A stretch of 64,000 nucleotides of DNA from Amoebophrya sp. A120 (taxonomy: Eukaryota; Protista; Dinoflagellata), in contig CAJINV010000005.1 in the NCBI GenBank assembly GCA_905178155.1, positions 8,596,019-8,660,018 of the forward strand, in the 5' to 3' direction. Below the pieces are notes generated by a model. The model was not told the DNA's origin. It did not search any database and worked only from the letters and a program-made list of their open reading frames with translations. The translations under genes and the position numbers were made by a program. Shown here piece by piece: positions 49,591 to 61,400 of this stretch (positions within the stretch are counted from its first letter, which is position 1; each line of letters begins with the position of its first letter).

Positions 49591-50824
49591 GTGGAAAATG
49601 TGCGCCGGTTTGCCGGGGCCGCCAGGTTGCTCGCAATCCGCAGCAGACTGTGGCGATTTAAGCACACGAGACGCCAACACAGACGCGGCGCGGTTGTGTA
49701 CACAAACAGCAGCGGAGTCCATGCGCGCGCCGCCTTTTCGGTTGCATTGCGACACATTTTAGCACGACCTAAGCCGAAGGTTTTCCGGGAAACCTTAAAC
49801 GACGTTTCCCGAGCGGAGTCCATTGATTTCTGGGTCTCGCAGCGTCATACTCTCTTTCAAAAATTGGGGACAGCCGGGGCATTTTGAATTCAATTTTTTT
49901 TTGGCATTATTTTTGAAAGCTGGGGCGTAGGCATTTTGAATTCACGGCCGGAGTTAACAGCTTTCTGGAGGGGTAACAGTTACGAATGTAACAGTTGAGG
50001 ACGCCATAACCTGCTACAATGATATCGCGACTTGGCCCACCGAAATGAAAAATTCGCTTATTTGTTTGTTTCTTGTTGGTGGTCAAGTTTTTTTGCTTTC
50101 TCCACCACAACTAGATCTATTTTATCTTCTTGTGAAAAAAATGTAATTTTAAATTAGTCCCCGATCTATTTATATCTTCTTTTCTTGGTCCGGTGACGAG
50201 AGCATAGTATGCAAGTGATGGACGTCATAAGTGATCGACATTATTATAACTTTTGGAAATTATCGCATCAAAATCAAACACGCAGTACGAGGGCGCACCA
50301 AGCACGCACGTACAGTCAGCTGAAAAAAGAGAACGGTAGACAACATTGAAGACTTTTTATGGAAAGCAGCAATCATGTGGGGGCGCATGGAGAAGGGCAA
50401 CAAATGCTGCTTTTTTCCATGATGAAGACCATCATCTTGTTGCATTCGTACATTAATTACAGCACTTCTATCTGAGCTTGTTGCATCTGTATAATTTATC
50501 ACAGCACCACCCAGCAGCACGACCGGGTGGCTGGACAATGATGAAGGAATCGAAGTCATCACTTCGTGTTGGTGTAGTTCTTGCAGCACCAACATCAAAA
50601 AAAAAAATATTTCAAACGTATTAACTCTTTCTGAAGACGCGCGCTCCGATAGAAGGACATTCTCATTCATAAGAGTAAGATAACGTAAGGATAAAAAGAA
50701 GTAGTGCTCGCACTACTTATTCCCCCTCGAAAAACAAGCTTCCTGAAGCAGGTGAACCGCTGACCTTGTAGGAGAGTTGTGCGAAGTTGTTGTAGTACTT
50801 CAACTTCTACTATGCCTGGCTGCT

Positions 50825-51076
50825 TATCAAAAGTAAAAATGTCTGGGTCTGGAAACTTGTGATGCTGGGCGGCGTCTCATGATGAGGCTACAAATGCTGG
50901 CTCAGCATGACAAGTTTCTGAGCTCCTAGGTGTTGCCTCTTCTGCATGACAAACTGTGCTTCTGCATCACAGAAAAACGGAGCTCTTGGGTAACGTGCAT
51001 GACAGATTTAAGAGTCATGCCAGACAAGCATGACAAACATGAATTCTTCCAGACCCAGACATTTTTACAGTTGATA
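50825..51076. mobile_element. introner family A in a non-coding repeat
   Basis: Repeat CTGCT/CTGCT; related sequence near 40640-40655 lacks the element. Confidence 0.88.
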
Positions 51077-51568
51077 CTGCTACAGGTACTAGATAATCGG
51101 TCGTGGACGCCCCGAGGCGTGTCCACTTCCACGACCGACATAAACAAGAACATTATCTGGAAGGGGGTAGTGGAAGAAAAGACGTCATGAGTGTGAAGTA
51201 GAAGACAAAAATGAAAATAAAAAAGCTCCGAAACAGCATGACAGAAATCAAGAACACGAGCGAGGCGACAGAATAAACGTGCGGACAAGAGGACAAGTCC
51301 CGCACTTCTACAGATTCGAGGTCTTTCATTTTTTTCACTTCTTAAACTCAAGGACAGGACAGAAAAAGGCAGCAGTCACACCAGCTGGAAAAAACTCCGC
51401 GAGTTTGTTTCCAACATCTTCTCGCATTACAAACTTGCTGTTCATCTCCGTCGTAGCAGTTGTTGTGTGGTGGAAAAGGATCTCACGTACTTCTGATGTA
51501 GTTTCTTAGAGCGTAAAAGCGAGATGAGCGTGCGTCTCCACCAGCAGTAACGATCTAGTATTAGTACA

Positions 51569-51826
51569 TATGACTTCCTCAAACGTTACAATCTCAAACG
51601 TTACAATAGAGTCTGGAATTTGTGTTGCATGATGGGCATGACAGATTCACACAGCGTTCCATCTTTTGCAATACAAATTTCCCCAGATTGTAGTGGGGTT
51701 TGGAGCTCCGGAACTTGTCATGCGCAACTACCCTATGAGAGTTGGCTAGATCATGCGCTCTTGCATCACAGATTTCCATATTCTATTGTAACGTTATTTG
51801 AGATTGTAACACCTGAGCGGGTTATA
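51569..51826. mobile_element. introner family H
   Basis: TATGACTTCCTCAAACGTTACAATCTCAAA...TTTGAGATTGTAACACCTGAGCGGGTTATA. Confidence 0.7.
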
Positions 51827-52495
51827 GGTCGGATTTTTACTTTTTTACCACCGACGCACGAGGAACGTTTTTGGTTTCTTTTGCGTTTGATTTCCACCGC
51901 GCAGGTGGCGCAGTTCGCGTCGCGCAGAAGTTCTTTACCCATGTTGATCCGTTTTGTATTTAGGCGATGAGCCGGATGAAGATCCCTATCCAAAAATATA
52001 AGACGCGCTTCCACTTCTCGAACAAGAAGAAGAGCAGAACGCTGTCTATTTAAGGGCGATGAACGAAGTGTCTTCAGCAACGTGGTCCTCCTCGCAGCAT
52101 GAAAATAAAGAAGAAAAGCTGCATAACCTTAAGCACATACCTGAACATAAAGAAGAAGAGCTGCATAATCTGAACGCGATACCTACTTTTTTTTTCCCTC
52201 GCTTTTCGATCTGACGTACGCCTTACTGAACGACCGTGAGAAGTCTTCCCCTATTATGTAGTTGGTTGTACTTGGAGTCGCACCGTGGTCGTACAAGAAC
52301 TTTTCCCTATCAACATCTAGTTTGCGACATATTTAATATCGTAGTGGACGGCAGGTTTCTCGCTCTAGTACACCAGAAGTCAGTGTAGGCGCCGGCGCCA
52401 GAACTCCTGGAAGCGTAGTTCTTGTTTCGCCTATAAGTAAATCATTCGAGCAAAGAACATCGGAAACGTAGAATCTGACCCAGGAGAAGGAAAAA

Positions 52496-55400
52496 ATGCA
52501 GGGTTCTTGTTCCAGGCAAAAGGGTCTACTTCTACGCGAGGTTATCAAATGTAAAAATGTCTGGGTCTGGAAGGTGGGTGCAAGACATCTCATGCAGGTT
52601 CAACATAACAGATCAGGTCTGGAACGCAGGTTCTAGCATGACAGATTCTGTGAGGTCTGTATCATGCCCATTCTGCATGAGAGACTCACTCCAAAGTTTG
52701 TCAGAAATGGCCATCTTTTGGTAATCACGCAACACAGATTTTTGCATGATCCAGACTAAGCATGACAAGTTGCATTCCTCCAGACCCAGACACTTTTACA
52801 TTTCATAGAGGTCCTACAACACCAAGCACAGCCGCGTCAGCTGTGTATCAAAAGGAAAAATCCCCCCACCCCATATCGAAATGGAAATCTGTGATGCGGG
52901 ATTTGTGTACACAAATCGGCTTTGTATTGCAGGAAGGCATCGCGGCCAGATCCCCTGGCTATGTAGGGGCGTATCGGTCTAGTTGTTCGGCATGGCAAAC
53001 GGCTCCCCTTTAGGCCCAACAGCATGACAAATCGCCTCCATAATGGGGGCGAAGCTTTTGCCCTTGTCTTCTTGCAAGACAGATGTGATTTTTTGTGACC
53101 TCAAATCAGCAACACAAATTTGCGGAACATGCCTTTTCGATATGGGGAGGGGGGATTTTTCCTCACCATACTGCGTAGTAGTATTTTTGCGAACTCCATT
53201 ACCTTCTCTGTGGCTGTCATCGCACTGCTCTACGGAAGTGTCAGGATCTTCGAAATCGACAAAGTTCGAGTTGAAATTTTAATCTGTGACGCATAAGATG
53301 CCACGCAGAGAAGTAAGTAGAAGTGCGACCCTATGTATTGCAGACAGTACATGTACGAGGGGGGCAACCGCTTCGAGTCCCGCTGAGGGGCAGGAGTTGG
53401 ACAGCTGACTACCATGACAGAATGGAGCTCCTTTGCCTTAAACAGCATGACAGATTTGCTTCCGGGGCGGGGAAAGTTTATATGTCTTGCGCCGACCACC
53501 ACTATGTATAAAGTGAAAACGAGAAAAATTGGTGCTGTCGATTTTACGCATGACAAATCAACTTTGTCGATTTCGGTCCTGGCGCTTCTATATGCTCCTG
53601 CTCTCAGATTGTTCCACGACGACTAATCCCACGGCTACCCTTGCGTGGGCCCTGACCCACAAAATAACTTCTAGTCCGCGGGCTGGATCACCACTTGTCG
53701 CCGACGGGCCAAATGCTGGTCGCCGCGCCGCCCGGATACCGGGCACCTTATGCAATACAAATTTCCCGTACATGTACAACATGCATCACAAATTTCAAAA
53801 ATTTGGAGCGTACTAAAACCTGTCATGCTAAACTAGGATCGAAGCCAAGTTTTGTCATGCAGAGACCGCATTTGTACGTCGTGTGCGGGAAATTTACTGT
53901 GGATACACGTTTGCTGCGTGGCATTCAGATCCAGAAGACCTACCTGGCGTACAGCGTGCCAGGTTCTCGCACGTACCGTGTGCAAAAGTATCGTACTCGT
54001 ATAAGTGCAAGTCTTGCATCACAAATCTTGTTCCCAAGCCAAAGCAGCATTACAAATTTTATTTCTCATGCTGAGGAAATCGAAATTTGTAATGCACTTA
54101 TACGAGTACGATACTTTTGCATTTTAAAGCACGGTAGTCACAATAACTTTCCCCCGCAGTACGCACCTGTGACGCGCGAGGACCTCCGCCAGGGCCCACC
54201 CCCCCCTGCTGGCGGTGGAGGAGGAGCATTCCTGGGCCAGTTTTCCTTTCTCGGGGGCCTCGCGGGCCGCGACAGCAACAGCGACCATGTAGTGCCGATT
54301 CCGTCTTTGCAAGAAGCCCAAACCGCCCCGCCGACCACTCAGTTGTACTACGATGCAAATGCGGGGGGCCCGCCCCCCGGGAGTCGTGTAGAAGCAGTAG
54401 AGCCGCGAATATCCACGAAAAAACACCCATCCCCATCCATTTTTCGCATGACAAATACGTGGAATTTATGCATGTTTTGCATGACAAATTGGATGGGGAT
54501 GGGTGTTTCTTCCTGGATAGCGAACCATATTCCCAGGGTTCGCGGCGGCGGGTGGAGAGTATGAACTGCAAAAGTATCGTACTCGTATAAATGCATGACA
54601 AATTCCCTCAGCATGAGAAATGAAATTTGTAATGGGAATTTACCTTGAGAAAAAAATTTGTAATGCATGACTGTAATACGAGTGCGATACTTTTGCACAG
54701 GATAGAGAGGAGCCACAGACCATCCTGCCACCGCATCTGCAGCATATCAAGTGCAAATATGTCTGGGCCGGGAAGATTGCCAGCAGGTTTGTGATGCAGA
54801 TTTTGCAGGACCCATGATGCCTGTGATACATGCCCTAGCATCACAGTTTTTTGGAGGGCTTCCCGATGCACATTCCGCATGAGAAATGCCCTCACCACGT
54901 AGCACAAACTGGACTCCTTTTGCACTTGCTGGTCATGCAATACAATTTTTTTCAGAATCCAAAGACAACATCACAAGTTGCAATCTTTCAGACCCAGACA
55001 TATTTGCAATGCATGCAGCACTTACGTGACCAACAGCAGCAAATGCAGATCGCTCAGGCACCAGCTGGTGGGCGTTATGATCCTTCTTCTCCAACCTACT
55101 CGTCGTCGTCCCCCAGCACTACCGCTGCGGGCGCAGCTATGGATGTGTCAAAGTTGAAATCGACAAAGTTGAACAAATAACTTGTAATGCATAAAGTCGA
55201 TACCAGTTGCAAGCCCAATCTCTAAGCGGCGCATGACAAATTTGAGTAGAGCCGAAATCCGGTCTGTAATGCTAATGCTGCTTGGGTAAGGGAGACGCCT
55301 TTTGTCGTGCTACTTTAGCAGCTCTATTTCTACCCCGAAACAGGCTTACAATCTGCCTCCCTCGCCTACTCTGCAATACAGGCACTTTCTGCGTTGCATT

Positions 55401-58400
55401 TTATGCATGACAAACTTTTTTCAACTTTGACGATTTCAATCCTGACAGCTCCATAGCAGCTCTGAGCCAGTTGTGGAAACGGTGCTGCGGAACGAACATG
55501 CAAGCGCTATCCTGTGTAAAAACTTCCCCACACCATAGTTGTCATGCAAATCCGCATGCTTAAAATGTTTCTCATTCGGAGCCCCATGAGAAGCATTTTC
55601 TAATGCTGTCTTGAAATTTGTCATGCTCCAATCAGCATGAGATACTAGATCTGTAATGCTGCTGAACTAGTTCAAACAGCACGAGACTACGCGTCCAAAT
55701 TTGTCATGCGAAACAGCCAAAGCTTGTGGATTTGTCTAGCCGATTCTCCATCTTGACTATGGGGTGGGGACGTTTTTACATAGGATAAGCGCAACACACC
55801 CAGGACTTCTCCGCCCGACCAGGGCCACCTGCAACGGAGTTTCACCAACTCCACGTGGACGACCCACGCCTCCGCGGTCCTCGTCCGGGCGGGTCGGTAA
55901 CCATAGCAGCGGCCCGGGCAGCTGCGGCCCGGGTGGCTGCGGCCCAGGCGGCGGGCAACATGCAGGTTTTCGATCCCTCGGTAGGACCTTTACAAGGAGC
56001 AGACCCAAGTAGTAATATGACCCGGGCTCTTATCCAGGAAAAAAAATGTGTAAGTGTAAGTTTGTAGGTTGAACAGCATCACAAATTCGTTTTTGCACTA
56101 CAGGGAACAAAACCTGTCATGCGCAGCTAGTAAGTGGAAACACGTACTATGATAGTAGTCTATGACGCACTTCCAGCATAACAAGTGTGACTGTTTTGCA
56201 TTTTCTGCATCACAGATTTACACTTAGACAGTTTTTTTCTTGCATAGCTCTGTCGCCGGAGGAGCATCAGTATTTGCTTCTCACGAACGACGCGTATGCG
56301 GACCGGCTATACAGTGCAAAAATATCGTGTTCGTTGTATTGCAATCATGCATTACAAATCTTTTTCTTGAGGTAGATCAGCACTACAAATTTCATTTCTC
56401 ACGCTGAGGAGATTTGTAATGCATTTTTTTATACGAGTGTGATAGTGATGCTTTTGCATTGCATAACAGCATTACAAAAGCAAGTACTCCGTGTTCTTCG
56501 GGGGCGGTATGCTGTGCGGCCTGGCCACGTATCATTTGTAAAAACGTCCCCACCCCAGAGTCAAGATGAGGATTTTGCAGCACAAACCTTCAAGTTTTGG
56601 GAGCCACACATGACAAGCTCCAGGCTGTAGTGTATGACAGTTTAATAGCAAGGAAGTCGCATAACAAATCCATCTCCTTATCCTGTTTACAGCATTACAA
56701 GTTCCAAAACACCATGGGAAATGCCTCTCATGGGGATGCGCATTACACATGCTCTTGGTCTTGTGCTTGCAGATCTGCATGACAACTCTGGGGTGGGGAT
56801 GTTTTTACACAGGATACCACGGTCGCGGGCATCATCTGGGCGGCGACCATGGAGCCGGACTTGCGGCCCTTCTGTATCCTAAGTCAAAACGGGACCCACA
56901 CCCCATAGTCAATCAGTTGGGAAATCTGCTAGACAAATCTACAGCCTTTGGTTGTTGCGCATGACAAATTTGGGCTCGACGCAATGTAGAAGTCCTGTGT
57001 AGCTGCTAGAGAAGCAGCATCACAGATCTACGAAATCATGCAGATTCGAGCATCGCAAATCTTAAAAAACCACGATAAAAAACTTCTCATGGGGCTCCGC
57101 ATGGAAAACATTTTAAGCATTCAGGCTTGCATGACAAGTATGGGGTGAGCACGCTATTACACAGCATATTCTGTCCAGTCTCGCTCAATCCGGAGTACAA
57201 GTCGCTCTTTCGCCATCCGCACCGGTGCCTGGTGTTGCCGGAAGCGGTTGCAGACTCGTGGTACACCAGCAGACTGCTGCAGTTATCAAGTGCAGAAGTA
57301 TCGTACTAGTAGTAATTGCAATACAAATTACTTCAGCATGACAGAGGAAATTTGGCATGCGGGTTTTTTACCATAAAAAAGCAATTTGTAATGCATGACT
57401 GCGATTACTACGAGGGAGTACGATACTTTTCCATGTGATAGCAGTCCATCGACACTTATTCCGACGCGTATAGCGACTCCTTTTGGAATATCCTGTGTAA
57501 AAACGTCCCCATACCAGAGTCAAGATGGGAAATCTGCTAGACAAATCAACCAGGTTTGGTTGCTTCGCATGACAAATTTGTCCTCGTAGTGCAATCCTGC
57601 TTAAGTAGCTTAGCAACATCACAGATCTAGCGCATCATGCTGATTCTAGCATCACAAGTTCCACGACACGACTAGAAAACGCCTGTCATGTTGGGGCTCC
57701 GCGTGAGAAACTTTTTCGGCATGCAGATTTGCATGACAACTCCGGTGTGGGGACATTTATCGTCAGGATATAGAAAAACACGCTGCCGGAGAAGGAGAAA
57801 ATCTACGAACTGATTCGGGACCTTCGCGACAACAACATCAACGAGAATCTGAATCTGGATGTGATCCAAAGCATCTTGGTGAAAGCCGAAGAGGATCAGC
57901 AGGCCGTGGGAGTGCAACTCGTAGCATCTCCTTCATCGTCTTCGCCAAGCAACCCCGTCATGGCCACCGCGCCGGCACTACGCTTGTTGTCATTGTCGCC
58001 CTCGTGGCCCAGTGCCGGCCTTCGCGTCGTGCCAACATCCTCCGCATCTTCAGGCTCAAGCAGCGCCAGCGCCGGTTCTACTGCAACTAGAGCTACCCTT
58101 TCGTCTTCCGTAAAGGGTGGGGTCGCATTGACCCCCCCGAAGCAGCCGATCTTGGCCCGTTCCCTGACCACGCAGGACCCGAATCCACCGATCGCGCTAC
58201 CGACATTAGCACAACAACAGGAAGTTGTAGAACAGCCTGGACAAGGAACCGTGATGGGCTCCTTGCCCAGCAGCACGGCCGACGGCGACGTCACAGGTGG
58301 ATCTGCAGTTGTAGCCGCCAGTCCGCTTAGAAGTGCCTTGGCTGCTGGTGCAGTTCATCCGGGCGGCAGGACAGCTGCTATCGGGGATGCCACGCCCCCC

Positions 58401-61400
58401 TTGCTGCAGACTGCGGGTATGCATTGCAAAAGCATCGTACTAGTATAAATCGCATGACAAATCTCCTCAGCATGAGAAATAGAATTTGTAATGCGGATTC
58501 AAGTTGAGGAAGAAATTTGTAATGCAGGACTGCAATTACTACGAGTACGATACTTTTGCACAGGATAGCGGGCAACCCGGCACAAAACACGCTCCCCGTG
58601 ATGAATTTGCCGCAAATGCTAATCTATCGAATGCAAATAGGGTCGTCTGGAAAGAATGAGATTTGTGATGCTAGCATTCGATCACGCAAAAATCTGTGTT
58701 GCAAGAGAGGCAACAGACACTGCTCAGACTGTTGCCACCCGGAGATGGCATTATTTCTCATGCAGTTTAGGCATAAGGAGAAGCAAACCTATGCGAAGGC
58801 TGTGATGCTAGAGCATGCGTCAGAGGCATCGGGAGCCATGTACAATTTGCATCACAAAAATGTTCCAGACCCAGACATGTTTGCACTGGATACGATGAAC
58901 GAACTCGTTCTGGACAAGATCACGCTCGATCTGTGGTATGCGACTCTGAGCTATGCATTGCAAACATGTCTGGGTCTGGATTTGTGATGTGGGACTCAAA
59001 GGGCGATAAGATCTGTAATGCACGACGAACGCGATTGGTCAGGTTTTTTGTAAAATGTTAAATGCGAATGAATCCACAAGAGCTTTAGAGAAACTTCTCA
59101 TGCTGTTATACCGCACAGACATGAAGCTGCAGCCAGTCTGTAACTAATGCAGGTATCAGCAACACAAGTTTCCAGATGACACAGATCGGTATTTGCAATG
59201 CACATGAGCGAGCGGCTGTCGGCTCCACCGGAGTACGAGAAGCTACATGACGGCGAGAAAACCCAAATTCCGGACGACCTTGCGCAAGAGGTAGGGACTG
59301 CAAAAGTATCGTACTAGTAGAGCTCGCGTGACACATTTCCTCTGCATGAGAAATGAAATCTGTAGTGCGGATGTAACTGAAGAAATAGATTTGTAATGCG
59401 GGAATGCGATTCTTAGTACGATTGCGATTCTCTTGCAATGCATAAGAGGTGCTGTATGGCGAGAACGCGGAGGCGGAATACTGGATGCAGGAGCTTCTCA
59501 CCAAAGCCCTCGTATGCATTGCAAATATCGATCTGGGTCTGGAGACAACTTGTCATGCTAATGTCCGAATGATAGTACGTCGCAAACTGCATTGCGGAGC
59601 CGCGCATGACAACTTTCTGGGTGGGGGCTACGTGTAGCGTTAAGCGTACCATCACAAATTGCCTTTTTGCATGACAAACAAGTGGCATTGTAGACTAGCG
59701 CAACAAGCATGACAGACTTTTCTGCATTGTCGGCCGAGCATGACAAACGTGCACTCCTCCAGTGATGACCCAGACAAATTTGCACTGGATACCTCGACGA
59801 GTCTTTTGACTCGCGGGCGTCCACCACCAGCAGTGCAGCCACAGTGAGCTCCGAGAAAGCTTTTGACATCCTGAAGAAGTCCATGCTGGCCGTATCCTGA
59901 GGGAAAATGTCCCCGCCCCAGAGTTGTCATGCAAATCTGCATGCTCAAAATTTTGTCATGCGGACTGGTTGGTACTTTTCTTGGGGCGACTTGCCGTGGT
60001 AGCGCTCGCCTTTTGTATGATGAGGTCGCCGAAAGTGCTTCCTCGCCCACCCCCCGGGGAGGGGATCCTTGACCTGTGCCGCTGGGAGCGGGTGTCCACT
60101 ACATTATGATGATGATGATGATGATGCGGAGCCCCATAAGAAGCATTTTCTAGTCGTGTTTCGGAATCTGTCATGCTCCAACCGCCATGATATGCTAGAG
60201 CTGCGATGCTGTTGAACTAGCTAAGTAAACAGGATTACACTACGAGACCAAACTTGTCATGCGCTACAACCAAAGCTGGTAGATTTGTGTAGCAGATTTC
60301 ACATCTTGACCCTGGGGTGAGGACGTTTCTACTTAGGATAGGCCACTAAACCAGGCAGTGATGTTGACCAACAACCACCCCCGCAGAAACTTCGTTTCCT
60401 TCTCTACTGGCTGTTTCACGGAGAGACATCCTGGCCGAGAGGAGGATCGTCTGGTGGATCCAGTAGCGAAGCGGGACAGCAAACTCCTGCTCCGTCGGCT
60501 GACGGAGCAGCCGGGGGAACTACAACGAGTGACGAGGAAAAATGCGACTGGTCCAAGTTGCTTGACAACCACTGGGTGAGTACGCAAGCGTGGTACCACG
60601 AGGAGCGCATGTTCAACCGGTGCTATGAAAATTTGCTGGACAAGTTGGGCAACCACTTCCGCCTCACGAACGAACTGGAATACGAAACCGAGAAAACCAT
60701 CCCAGCAAGAAGCGCAAGCACAAGCGGAGCAGGCCAGCTGGCGTCTTCAGAAGGGGCGAAGCACACCGTCCGTGTGCGCAACTCGCAGCACCACATATCA
60801 CAACAGAAAATCTCCCCTGCCCATATCGAAACGGAAATCTGTGGTGCGGGATTTGTGTACACAAATCGGCTTTGTCATGTAGTAGAGGACTGCAGGCAGA
60901 TACAAAGCCGGAGCAGGGGCGTTTTGGTGTAGGCACCTAGCAAGGCAGGCATATCCTCCGTAGGCCCTACAGCATTACAAATTGCCTGCAGGACGCGGCG
61001 AGGTTTTTGGGTTTGCCTGCTTGCAATACAGAGAAGATTTGTGGTCTCAAATCAGCATCACAATTTTCAGAAGTGCCCCGGTTTGGTATGGGGAGGGAGG
61101 ATTTTTCCCCACAATACCACATCTCGCCGACCATGATCGCCTGGGCATTGACGGGTGGTGACATCTCCGCGAAATTTCAGCAAATCGACGTGGAGGCCCG
61201 GTTGAAATCCGTTTTTCGTGTGTACCAGCAGGCGGAACAAGGCACAGAAAAAACGGGCCAAAAACTGTTCAACTCAGTCTTTCTAGCGTTTCCGAAAGCC
61301 GCAGGCGGCGATCCGATGTTTTTTGGCACCTACGACGATGGGAAATGGTACATCAGTTGATGACGCACCACTAAACACTTGTTTTTCCGTGCGTAGTTTC

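Larger units (their letters stand above)
45817..49847. mobile_element. inverted-repeat-bounded element filled with satellite DNA
   Basis: TGACGCTGTGAGACCCA (45817) / TGGGTCTCGCAGCGTCA (49831-49847). Confidence 0.6.

Noticed and set aside
45916-49887. ORFs of 1323, 1247 and 656 aa
   Set aside because: They are open in several frames only because the satellite lacks stop codons; the same peptides recur in rotating frames.
59970-60040. Hammerhead-like ATGATGAG...CGAAA
   Set aside because: The conserved core C3 is replaced by A and stem II is minimal; the helices do not close convincingly.
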